Assembly: GCA_030704615.1 (NCBI GenBank)
Contig: CM060731.1
Coordinates: 61,008,001 to 61,072,000 of the forward strand
Source of the DNA: Takakia lepidozioides
Lineage: Eukaryota; Plantae; Bryophyta
Length of the DNA stretch: 64,000 bases
Direction: 5' to 3'
Positions 11,332 to 23,175 of this stretch are shown in pieces. The notes under the pieces are model-generated. The model searched no databases. It saw nothing but the letters and a program-made list of their open reading frames with translations, and was not told the DNA's origin. The translations under genes and the position numbers were made by a program. The number at the start of each line of letters is the position of its first letter. The stretch's first letter is position 1.

Positions 11332-13088
11332 TGAGTTCCCCGCTCCCTACGCATACAAACACCCACCCGTACTGTTAAAAACCAGAAGAAGAGGCCGAAT
11401 GTGCAGGATTTCAGGCATTCGGAGATGGCTGGGTTTGGCATAACACCCCTCGTGTACCATGCGTGGGGGCCCCACATACCCACCAAATCTTAGTACAACA
11501 ACAGATTCATGAATGGAAACCGGACTTCAAAACATACCTGGCTCAAAACAGACTCTGATGGGGTGCCAGTCGCATAGTTCTTTTGCTCCGCCCCGAGCTC
11601 GGACAGTGACGGGCTCCGCGCTTTGCGTCTTTTCTGTATTTGCCCATCCACACACTGTCAGTACAAAATGCCAGGAGCATATGGACAAAGCACTGCCCTG
11701 CATATCACATAACAACTAATTCTGCACAAGCAATAAAACCCACTCGTGGGTGTCTCTTCCATCAGAACATGCCACAACGTAGGAGCAATGAGAAGGGGGT
11801 GAGGAGATTACCAAACGGGCTGCTTGGCCTGCAACTCCTGCCCGGCCCCAACGCGAGGGGTTCGTGACACAAGCACGCGCTTGCTTCATCCCTTCAGCCT
11901 TTGCAAGTCCACGAGGGGACTCCCAGTAGGCAACAAGCTTATCCCAATAGGCGGGTTCAGTGTTCATTGGCCTCACACCAGTCTTTGCCCATTTATCTTT
12001 CAGTTTTGCTCTTTCTCCTTTCATTATCTTCCCACATTGCTTCACTATAAAATCACGATTGGCAGGGATAGGTCTGTACTCGTACATTCCATTTATGCCC
12101 TCTATTACTGTTGACATGGCACTCTGGGACTGCTGGTCAATGTCTTGTACGCTTGAGTCAAGGTAACGCAATGCCAGGCCACGCAAATCACGCTGCCAGT
12201 GTTCCTTACCTTCGCAGCCAACATTGATGACTCCATTTCCATGCACCTCCACCTTGTGGCGCTTTAGCCCTGCAGCCACCCTTCCCTCTCCATCTCCTTC
12301 CCATTGTTTCATGGCATGGCGTCGTTCCTTCCTCAGCTCTGATGTCCGTTTCCTGCCCCCATGCTCTGGAGCAGCGCCGTCATACGTTGTGGGGGGTGAC
12401 TGATGTGTGCCGGAGGGGGAGGGCCGTATGGAGATGTGGGAGGCCCCCATTGTGACGTGCCAGCATCAGGAAGCCAGCGCCACGACCCCGAAGCAGGGGG
12501 GGCTCCCCATGGTGCACTCTGTTGTGGAGACCATGCGGCAGGGGGTGGGTGCCAAGGTTGGTGTTGGTTGGCATTGTGTGGTGGCTGTGAGTGCTTTGCT
12601 GCAGCTTCACTCCCCTTCCGCTGCCAAAAACATCCCACACACAAGGTGCATCAGCTGTAGTCCTACTGAACACAACGTCACCAGAGCACAAACGATCCCA
12701 CAACCACAACTATGGATTGGCTGACCTCAAACCCACTCCCCTGCAGCGCAAGTGCCAAAAACTGAAAAGGAGAGGGACAGAATGTCCTCATAACATGTAA
12801 GGCCATTCATTGGTGAAGAAACATAATGTGGGCGGGTTCACATCAGTACCATCATACACACTTACCAGGAAACAGAACATCCATCTGGGTTTTGCACATA
12901 GGGAGTGGACATCTATTCACACAATCAGCAAATGGCTGTATGGCGGAGCCCAGCATCGGAGCCCCAAAAGGCCTAAAGACTCTCAATGTTTGTAAACACA
13001 GGTGCAGACACAATTCAATTGATAGCTTGGATATCCGGTGGTCTGTATGGTGATAGCACCCCGGGCAGTGAGTCAGACAATGACCCTA

Positions 13089-14232
13089 TGACGTTGGTAG
13101 TAAGACTTACCTTCGTATAAAGCATTGATCCGGGTTTTCCAGATATCCTCTAGAAATCCCTTCACACAAGCATCAATCTGCTGTGTGTGATTTGCCCAAA
13201 AAAATAGGCCTCAGGAGGGCCTGGGCTTTTGGCTCAGCCTCGAGTCTTTCAAAGTTGGTAAACAGGGGTACAGGCACAATTCCCTTGATAGAATTGAAGA
13301 GAGCGTCTCTTTGGTAGAGAGAACCCCGGACAGCGTATCAGAAAATGAATACTGTCTTCAGATTGCCCACACAACGGACAATTGCACTCTCCCTTTCCGA
13401 TCTGCTTCTGTTTGCTGTTCAAAGGTAGGCTTCCTGCCCTGAGTTTAAATTTCAGTCTAGTGCCGAGAGTGGGTGGACCCTTCAGGTCATCCAAGATGTC
13501 CACCCCCATGTCACTGACTGGAAACAAGTTCAGGGAAGTTCTCTGCCTAACTTCATTTTCATCAGACAATCTCATGGCAACAGACATGGCTTCAGACACT
13601 ACAGCCTCTAAGGCAGATTTATCCAGCAGGGTCAAGACTTGCGGATCCAGGTCCAGGTCCTTGAGAATCTTTTCTACTCTCTTCTGCCAGGACTTAGTCT
13701 GTTTGACAGGGCGGTCCTGTTTCCAAGATTTAGAGTCGATCAACTTAGGATATCTGGTGTTGGGCATATGTTGCAGCTGACCCCACCATCTGACCTTGAA
13801 TTCATCTCGTCGGGAGCTTAAGGATGGGATGCCAAACTCACCCCCCGAACAGCCACATTGGCTGTTTTCTCCATGCTGACATACACTCCTTAAGCACCCC
13901 CACTTGAATGGATTCTAGAGACTTAGCCTGGTTGGAGTTATCAACCCATATAGCAGATCCGTACTCCAAGGCAGGTCTAATAACGCGACAAAGCATGGTT
14001 TTCTTAACCTCAGAGATGACCCCTCTGCAGTGGAAAAATTTAGTGAGCCCCAGAGCTTTGCCCTTGCCAGTTTGAACAACTTTCCGTATATGTGCATCCC
14101 AATTACAATTGGAGGAAAACTCAACGCCTAGGTAAGTGTAGGAAGGGAGGACCGGGATCTCTTGGCTACCCCACTGCCACTTAAGATCACTTCCTCCCTC
14201 TCCTCTGTCGTTGATTGCTACCACTGCACATT
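13089..14232 (-). mobile_element. RTEX/RTE-like non-LTR retroposon fragment, family A
   Basis: RT thumb (YTYLGVEFSSNCNWDAHI...IRPALEYGSAIW) and C-terminal CCHC (KLRAGSLPL...CPLCGQSEDSIHFLIRCP). Homologous to 16389, 16901 and 39156. Lacks the extreme 3' end. Confidence 0.8.
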
Positions 14233-14254
14233 TCTGCCTAACTTCATTTTCTGC

Positions 14255-15367
14255 CCAATCACATCTCCTCTACGCTGATGATGTTGCCCTTTTGGCACAA
14301 TCCCCGGTCTTTCTGCAACGCCATCTCTAAATTTTGGAACAGTTCTGCAAAGACTATGGGATGCAAGTCAATCTTAGCAAGACCAAGATCATGGTCTTCA
14401 ATGGCCAGGCTGATCGTAGATTCATCTTCAACCAGCAGGAAATTGAGATTGTCAAATCATACCGGTACCTAGGTCTGGTTATCCACTCCCCCAAGTTTCA
14501 CTTTGCAGCCACTGCCTTGGACAGATTGACTAAAGGTAAGGCGGCCTCCGTCCGCCTTCACGCCAAATGCAAGCAAATACATGTGCGGCATCCCCCGACC
14601 AAAAAGTGTCTGTTTGACACCGTCGTCAGCCCTGCTACCATCTATGGTTGTGAGTTCTGGGCACCTGGTGTCCCTGTCTCCTGGTGGGAAAAGATTTTGG
14701 AACCATTACAGTCATCTTTTCTCCAAGCAATGCTTGGCGCCAGGAGCACAACTCCCTCTCAGATCCTAGGTGCAGAGTTCGCATGTGTACCATTGCAATC
14801 CGAGGCACAGTTCAGGCTTACAATCTGTGAGGAATAGATTGCAGGCCCTTCCACCCAAAGGGCTAGTGGCAAGGGCCCTCACAACATCTATGAGGCTCAA
14901 AGCTGCAGGTTTCGGGAACTCCTGGTATGCTCGAGTGGACAGTTTATTTCAACGTAACGGACTTTCTACTACTTTCCTATTACCAATGAACCCAGATGAG
15001 GTGGACATCACATCCACACATGACCGCAACAGACTCATTCGGAGAGAGCTTATGGAATTACATGTGAAGAGAACTTGGATGCTACCCAATCTCACAACAA
15101 AGCTCCACTTCTATCGAGAGACATTCTTGGTGCTCCGCGATGATAGAATCTTGAGACCAAATTACCTTTCAGCACCCTTAGCTCCTTCCCTCCTGAGGGC
15201 ATTGGGGCAGTTCAGGGTGGGTTCCCACAACCTACGGATAGAGACTGGCAGATGGAGAAAACCTGCAACGGGAGGACCGCCTATGTCCAGCTTGCATAGG
15301 GCGCAGCAAGGAAATTGAAACTGAAGAACACTTCTTCTTCTACTGCCCTCTATACTACGAGATCCGA
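14255..15367 (+). mobile_element. RTEX-like non-LTR retroposon fragment, family B
   Basis: LLYADD at ~14265, then KTKIMVF, YRYLGL, YGCEFW, FRVGSHNLRIETGRW and a frameshifted CPAC...ETEEHFFFYCPLYYEIR. Stops and frameshifts present. Confidence 0.8.
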
Positions 15368-16388
15368 TTGAACAACTTTATGGATATGTGCATCCCAGTT
15401 TCAGTTTCAGGAGAACTCAACGCCCATAGAACATGAACAGAAGTAGGGGTAGAACTCACCTCATGCGCAGCGGGTTTGTGCCGTTTGCGCACCTTTTGGA
15501 GAGACTCTGCAGATGGAGGTGCAATTTCCGCCGAACTGTCCTCCACCTCATCGTCGTCGCCCATGCTATAGTCGCTTGTGTCAAAATCCAAACTGGAAGA
15601 CCGCCCACTGCTCTGCCTTCCCTCTCGCACCGACGCCATCTGTACCAGATTCAGTCGAGCCAGGCGGGGGCTCCTTCGCACCGCGGGGCTGGAATGTGCA
15701 CAAGTGGGAGGAGGTGATGCTGCCTCGGCGGTCGACCGCTTCTTACTAGGCGTGGACATAGACCATGACAAAGATGAAGACGAGCGAGGACATAGACCAT
15801 GAGCAAGACAAAGACGAGCGAGGAAGACCAAGACATGCAAAGGAGGAAAGAAGGACAAGGAGGGGAGTGTGATCACACACCCCCCGAGCTCAAGGTGAAG
15901 ATCCGGCCGTTGTTGATTTCAAATATGAACACGTGTCGTGCATCCGACACTATGGCCTTTTCGACTTTGAGACGTTAAACCCTAAACCACTTACAGTCCT
16001 CCAGACAACTAGATGTAGTGATTCACACAACTGACATTTGGTTGGCCTGTTATGCAGGCTTGTTCTGTAATCTCCAGTGGACATCATACAGTTTCTTTGT
16101 TTCTTTCATTTTTTGTAATGCTTGAACAGTTCATATCCTCAATGTCTTATTGCGGTCCAGGCTTCAAGCAAATGAGAGGTAGTCCTGGTAGGATGGTCAA
16201 TGTCCTTAAAAGCGGCCTTGTCTATTATCCATCCAAAAACTAAAGGTCTCATCTATCATGGTTAATATATGCTTGGATAAGAAAATGACTCGGTATGTCT
16301 TCTTTTTCACAATCACGGGGAGGGTTACCTCGACTCACTAGCTGATCTCTTAGCACAATTGACACCAAGCCCTTGACACGGTTTTCAT

Positions 16389-16505
16389 GTGCATGTCAGC
16401 ATGCTCCAAAACAGCCAATGTGGCTGTTCGGGGCGAGTTTGGCATTCGTTCCTTAAGCTCCCGACGACATAAATTCAAGGTCAGATGGTGGGGCCAGTTG
16501 CAACA
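16389..16505 (+). mobile_element. Short internal fragment of RTEX-like family A
   Basis: Near reverse complement of 13770-13886 (AAAACAGCCAATGTGGCTGTTCGGGG...TTCAAGGTCAGATGGTGGGG). Confidence 0.8.
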
Positions 16506-16693
16506 ATGAACCGATATTAGCCTTGAGTAGTTCTCTGACTCTTTGTGGGCCCTTCTATGGTTATTTGTTTGTTGTTCTACTCCTTGTGGCCCTTTAGGAA
16601 TCCCACAGACGTGATACACATATCTCTTTCCTCACTTTCGGTCCTTCACTGACTACCAGAAATGTCACACCGTATGTCTGCATCTGAAACTTT

Positions 16694-17283
16694 TCACCTT
16701 TGAGACAACATTCTGCAGCACGCTCTGCTAGCTTCACATTGCCATGTATTCTGCAGGCACCAAGTAAAGCCCCACACTAAAGCATCTGGTTTAATTGGCA
16801 TTCTGTTGATGAAATTCTCCGCCTCATCCAAGCGCCCTGCACGGCCAAGAAGGTCAACCATGCAGCCAAAATGTTTTCCTGTTGGAATGATTCTATTATC
16901 ACACACAGCAGATTGATGCTTGTGTGAAGGGTTTTCTAGAGGATATCTGGAAAACCCGGATTAATTCCTTATATGATGGTAAGTCTTACTACCACCGTCA
17001 GCCCCTGACGGAGGTAGGTTCTGTTCCTTTTGTTCCTGCTCAAACTGGGCGCAGGGTCAATGGCCACAAGGCTACGGCATACAACGTCTTATGAGTACAA
17101 TCTATAATCTCTACTCATAGAATGGAAATAGTGTTGTCCTTCATCTACTAGGCCCATATGGCTGCATGCAGACAGAACTGCAATGAGTGTAACATCATTT
17201 GGCTTCACCCCTTGCTGTTTCAAAACTTGGTTGAAAAGTTGCAGAGCATCTTTGCCATGCCCTTGCTGAGAATATCCGAAGAC
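16694..17283 (-). pseudogene. PLS-class PPR gene fragment (last PPR repeats to E domain) inside the CACTA, split by a retroposon
   Basis: GYSQQGHGKDALQLF...KPNDVTLIAVLSACSHMGLVDEGQHYFHSM, then after the insertion [35 protein letters not shown], with a frameshift to [13 protein letters not shown]. Confidence 0.88.
16901..17100 (+). mobile_element. 5'-truncated RTEX-like family A copy (200 bp) with TSD
   Basis: Matches ~39595-39794. Flanked by TCTATTATC (16892-16900) and TCTATAATC (17101-17109). Removing it restores the PPR frame MSRDYRIIPTG. Confidence 0.85.
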
Positions 17284-17854
17284 CTGCTTGCCCTCTTCTA
17301 CAGCTGGGCACAGGGAGTGTCGTTGAGGCTGAAAAGGGGAAATTTGACCAGGTCATATCCGTTTGTGTTACTTCGAAGGTGTGGGCCAGCCTGCCAGAAG
17401 GTCAAAACAGGTGCATGCTGACATATGAAAGTCTGGCGTCGTGGAGATTGTTGGCTGTGAGGTGGGGATGGGGTTATCATCTTTCCTGGTAAATGAAGAT
17501 ATGATTGACATATCTCCTCTCCCATAAACTGTCACATTTCCTATAGGAAGTTCTTGTGACGCCCTTGACATGCTGTTGATGTGAATGAAAGCAGGCTGCA
17601 GTAGCAACAATGGAGAATTCAGGGTGTTTGGATTGGGGCAGAGCATACCATGGAAGAGAACAAGGGGCCCAATAGTTCGTGCAGTTGGGGGAGTTGATGT
17701 ATGTACTTCCCCACACGGCCTTTGCCTCTCTTCACCATCTGTACCGAAGGTGCATAGATGGAACAAATCTCCAGTCTTTTGGTGTGCTCTTGTAATTCTG
17801 ATATGCCCATAGACCCACTTCTCTCTCCTGTCTGTCTTGAGTTCCCCAACAAAA

Positions 17855-20800
17855 ATGAGTTCCCCTCGCCCATGCGGAGGACTTCCAATTAATCACCCCT
17901 GTAGACAGAACAACCGGGATGACAGGTTGTGGGAAAGAGAAGTGGCACGTGCCCGAGCCCTTGGGCTTTCAAGGATGCCATGCCCATGTGAACGTTGTTT
18001 GGGCACTACAAGTAGATCTGAGGACGGTGTGCGCACACATCTCCTTCACCACAAAAGACATGAAGCATTTCGGGTGTGGATTGGAGATGGACCTGCAGAC
18101 GAAGACGATGAGGAGTGGGCACAATTGGACAATGCACACCCCTGAGGGAGCCATACAGGAGGACTATGTCATGGGCGCAGGACAGGAACCAGGCATGGAC
18201 GGAGGGGTGGAGATTACTCGAATGTTGCAGGAAGCATTCCACATCATGGACGATGCTGAAGAGGGGGACGGCGCTGCGACAACTGGGGATGGTGATGACG
18301 CAGGAAATGAAGGCATTCACGTGGGGGAAGGCGTGGAAGGAGGTGGAGATGGAAATGAGAATTCTGCACACATGACACTAGAAGAAGCATGTGTGCCACT
18401 GTACGAGGGATGCAAATCCACAAAGCTTGCTGCCAGCATGCTGTTGATGAACCTGTGCACAACCCACGGTGTGTCAGACCATTTTGTGGACGAGTTGTTC
18501 TCTTTGCTTCGGCTGAACTTGCTTCCACAACCAAATGAAATGCCAAAAAGCTGTCACATGGCCAACAAAATGATTGGGAAGCTCGGCCTCAACTACGTGA
18601 AAATACATGCATGTCCAAAAGGACATGTACTTTTCAGAAGAGAGTACAAGGACGCTATGGAGTGCCCCAAATGCGGTGCAGCCCGATACCATGATGTGGG
18701 CAGGTTACAACAGCCAGCCAAGGTGTTGAGGCACTTTCCCTTATCCCCCGTCTATTACGAATGTACAAATGCAAGACCATTAGTGAGCTCATGACTTGGC
18801 ATTCCAGGAATGCCTCAAACGATGGTTTGGTAAGGCATGTCCCAGATTCCCTTGCATGGAAGCATATAGATGCAACTTGGCCCAATTTCGCCGAGGACCC
18901 ACGCAATGTGCAATTGGCTGTATCTACGGATGGAGTAAACCCATACGGATCAAAGAGTTGCACATGGTCCACATGGCCCGTGCAGTTGGTGGCATACAAC
19001 CTGCCACCATGGTTGACAACAAAGAAATTCTTTGTCATGTTGTCTCTCTGATTCCAGGCAAGGAGTCCGTGACAAATGCAAACATAGATGTGTATTTGCA
19101 ACCATTGATTGAAGAGCTACAAGAACTATGGATTGGAGTTGAAGCTTACGACATTTTGAAACCAGTAGGGCAACGGAGTTTCACCCTCCATGCCATCCAC
19201 GATTTCCCCGCATATGGCCTTGTTGCGGGTTGCAAGACGAAGGGCTACAAAGGGTGCCCCATTTGTGGGCCCTATGTGGATTCACGGCACTCAAAGCCAT
19301 TAGGGAAGACAATATACATGGGGCATCGACGTTACCTTGCAAGAAACCACCCCTACCGACGAGCAGGCCGACACTTCAATGGATGTGTTGAAAAGAGAAT
19401 GGCACCAAATGCTGTGACACCGGAGGAGACATTGCAATTTGCAAAGGAGAAAGAGGCGTTCATGGAGATTGGAGGGAGAGAAGGAAGTAGTGCGGATCCA
19501 GCCATGTCGCACGGGGTGAAGCGCCGGACAATCCTTTGGGATTTGCCATACTGGAAGGTGCATGAATCCCCCCCCCCCCATTCACTCACTTTCTTTCACA
19601 TTGTGCTTCCTGGAATTACCTTTACTGTCAGGAGTCCTTCCACCAACTCCTAAGTCAGTGTAACTACTATGCAGTAGATGTTGAAGTCGTACACCTCACT
19701 GTGTAGAGGATCGTGCAGTTGTTGAAAGCAGAATGTAGTAACATGGACAACTTCTGCCACATATTCTACTATTTTTGCCCATAGAACTTGGTCTCATGGG
19801 AGGACATTTGGCATTTCAGAACCTCTTGCAGCGGTACCTCCTGGACCCCATGCATTGTGAGAAGAACTTCTGCGAGAACATTCTGAAGACTATCTTTGGG
19901 GAGAAGGATACGATAAACGTACGAAAGGACATGGAGATTGAAGGGATACGGTCACATCTGTGGCTAAGGCCTGATCCAAATAGACCAGGCAAAGTGCTCA
20001 TGCCAGCAGCATCATACGTCCTGACCAAATCAGAGCAAGAGGAATTTTTGAAGACATTGGGAGCCATGAAAGTGCCAACTGGATTCTCGGGTGCTTTCCA
20101 AAAGCATGCCATAAACAAGAAATGGTCGGGGATGAAGTCACATGATCTACACGTGATGATGCAGCAGATTTTGCCAGTGTGCATTCGGGGTACGATGGCG
20201 TCGGGTCCTCGCACAGCCATAATGCGTGTAAGTCGAGTGTTTAGGAAGATTTGTGCGAAGGTGTGGGATCCGAGGGACATTACATCGCTGCATGAGGATG
20301 TGGCTGTGACCCTATGTTTGCTGGAGAAAGAATTCCCTCCATCATTCTTTGACGTCATGACGCACTTGCTAGTGCATCTTGTAGAGGAGCTGCATAGCCA
20401 GCCGTTGGATGTACCCCATGGAGAGGTACATGAAGGATCTGAAGGGGTATGTACGCAACATGGCACGGCCAGAGGGGAGTATGGCGGAGGGCTACATCCG
20501 CGACGAAGCCCTGGGCTTCATGACAGAGTATATGTCTTTATTTGATGCAATACAACGACGGGTGTGGGACGAGAACGAGGAAGAAGGAGTTGTAGGCGAG
20601 GTCCTAGAAGGTGGTGGAACAAAGCGTGCCATGAGCCCGCGCCTTCGGGATGTGGCACATGATTATGTGCTGAACAACACAACAACCATGACACCATGGA
20701 GACAGTGGGTGTAAACTTTACATCCCTCCTGTGCTATTCTTAATGGTCTTTGTATGCATGAATTACATATATATTGTCACAAGTCATTCCGGCCACTATG

Positions 20801-21636
20801 GGAGTGGGATCGTGTACTAACAGGGTGCTTCAGACGACAACAGAGGGTGTTTCGTAGTTGGTGTTGTTGCTTGCAAGTGATCATGAAGTAGGCTGCATCA
20901 CTACACTGTGCTTGAAAGGACACACTCTACATGTGGCATGCATGTACAGTACGGTGTTGGTCAGGGGGACTGAGTTGCAGCTTCTATTTGGTTTCTGCCA
21001 GAAAATACGCAGCGGAGAAGGAACGGAGAGCATTTGCAAAAGCCTCCTGGTGACTTATGACAGCGGAGTGGCATCATTTTTTGAACAAGAGAGTAAGAGC
21101 TGTGCACGAGATCGGAATCCAATTTCATGCCATGTGCAATATGTAGGAGTGATCAAAGAGATCCTTAAACTAGACTATGGTCTTGTGAAGCCAATTCTAT
21201 TCCGTTGTTCTTGGGTAAAAGCCAATATGGTAGGAGAGAATGCCACCATGAAACGGGATGAGTACGGGTTCCTCCTTGCTGATTTCAGAAAAATGCTACC
21301 ACAAGATGAAGAGCCATTCATCTTCCCATCGCAAGTTGAGCAAGTTTTCTTTTCAGATGACATCCATGCGCCGGGATGGAAGGTGGTTTTCACAAGGACC
21401 CCCGGGCCAAACGAGTCGTTGCCGACGTCCATGATCTGGACCTAGGGGAGAATGCCGACCACGAGGGTCTGAGGGAACCATGAAATCTACCAGATACGGC
21501 CGAACCAGTCTCTTTGGAAGGAGCAGTTACCTTTAATGAGGAAGACATTCCAGGGTTGGTAATTACCGCCAGGCAAATTGCAGATGTGGGTAGTGAAGGG
21601 GAAGATTATTTGGATACGGATAGTGAGCCCAGCTGA
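17855..21636 (+). pseudogene. CACTA TnpD-type transposase (Transpos_assoc, Transposase_21, DUF4218, DUF4216), frameshifted
   Basis: CPCERC...HLL; IHACPKGHVLF...CPKC; DGLVRH.PDSLAWKHID...RNVQLAVSTDGVNPY...WPV...YNLPPW; DVYLQPLIEEL...HDFPA...GYKGCPIC...HRRYL; DPMHCEKN...MKSHDLHV...FPPSFFDVMTHLLVHL...MYPMERYM; EPFIFPSQVEQVFF. Intron at ~19558-19820. Confidence 0.92.
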
Positions 21637-23175
21637 ATCTCAGTGTCCATTAAGCCAGCAGCTCATAGACGAGAGCTATGCTAAGGACTCTTACTGTCCT
21701 TAGAACCCATTTTGTTCAGTCCTGCTTATAAGCAAAGGCGAGACAGTTAATAGTATCGATAATGTATGGGTATGTGGTCACTGACTGTCTTGTGAACAAA
21801 CCTTTTTTTGTTCTGCCCATATTGTTTCTGACATGTGAGGAGAGGATCGTCTTCATGTACGGGAAGTAGACGTGAATGTGTGCATGCATTTTCTGGCCCA
21901 TCTGCATGCTTTCCAGGAATGGGGGGTGTCTCCAAAGGAGCAGGACCGAACGACACCTTTTTGTGCTTCCATTGCTTTCCTTCTCACCGTTGTTGCATTC
22001 TCCCACCTGCCCAACAACAGCACTCTCGAAGCAATAGCATGACATATATTCGCACATGGTCTTCTTCACTAGTGAATGAGCTTTTATGCTACATGTACTG
22101 CCCCGTCCACATTAACGTTGATCCCTGCAAGCACTTGGCAAGACACCCCAGAGCCGCAAATCCAGCAACCACCACAAACACATCTAACTGATTGTAGTGA
22201 CACGGGAATAGCTCTCTTGTAGAGGAATTGAACCTCTAGCCAAATGAATGGCTCTGCCCCTTGTAGCACAAGTGTGATGCAAAAACAAGGTGAGTACAAA
22301 ATGAAGAAGCGCTTATGAGGTCCCCATCCCTGGGATGGGCTCCCATTTCTGCTCTGGAACTGTGCAGGCCTGAGTAGCACCAAATTGCATGAATCCTAAG
22401 CCTGAATGTCAAATGCAGGTTTATGTCGCGATGTAGCACGCCATCATCTTACCTGTAGTTTCCAGTTTCGCTGGTGTCACATTTGCTTTCAAGTCAACAT
22501 CAAAATTAAGTCCACCTATGCGCAAATCGCAGAATCTCTCATGACACCATCTGCGTACCGAAAAACTGGTTTGGCATGATATAATTGTAGTTCACAACCT
22601 TAATGAACGCTTTCAGCCTTTACCTCTCCGTGCGCTCCATCGTGCCTCCATCCAGCACATTCTGTAAATGTTGAATGACCAAGAACCCGATGTCACACCG
22701 TTCTGAGAAGCCACTACGCGCGCTCACAGTATACGAAGGCCTTGCCGTGTCAGGATTTGCATTCCCACGTCCCGCCATGTCCGACGCAGCACTTGCATCC
22801 TTGCCAGACAGGCCAGGTGGAGGCAACATGTATTAAAATATCTATTCTCCCAAGGCCACATTTTGTTTACCTCTTTTTGTGAAAGCCACGTCAGCAAATG
22901 TGCTGCCGAGTCATGGGTGCAATGAATGCGCAGTGGTTCATGGAGTCGTTGAGTCAACTACATATTCACTTTAATGAATAAATATCTTTATTCCATTAAT
23001 CGAATTAGGAATGAAAATTTGTAGTCGCATGTGCAGTAATTACAACCACTTGCAATTTTGGCTTTTTCAAATTTTGTCTGTTTCGACTCTCCAGGAGTCC
23101 CGTTTACTACCAAGTGGTTCCCGGAGTGGTCGCGGACATGCAGTCGATTCGAAAAAGACACGAATGCTTCTAGTG

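Larger units (their letters stand above)
9146..15759 (-). pseudogene. Multi-exon CACTA accessory (TnpA/ORF2-like) gene with an embedded FCP1/NIF HAD phosphatase-like domain; frameshifted
   Basis: Putative exon 1 at 15759-15460 ends in GAG|GTGAGT. Exon ~12620-11810 has a Ptta/En/Spm-like segment (RAKLKDKW...YWDKLVAYWESP...MKQARA). HAD ORF at 11331-10203. Several small GT-AG exons follow. Last exon ~9427-9146 has a Tnp1/En/Spm-like motif (FHCKDIPSGWYKVKV...LPCPN...TLWPE). Exon joining is inferred. Confidence 0.6.
8020..23175. mobile_element. CACTA (En/Spm) DNA transposon, 15,156 bp
   Basis: Perfect 19-bp TIR CACTAGAAGCATTCGTGTC (8020-8038) / GACACGAATGCTTCTAGTG (23157-23175). Internal TnpD and TnpA-like genes. 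Flanking triplets are TGA and TAA. Confidence 0.93.

Noticed and set aside
19816-20466. 216-aa minus ORF and similar antisense ORFs
   Set aside because: Shadow frames of transposase, RT or CER3 coding sequence.
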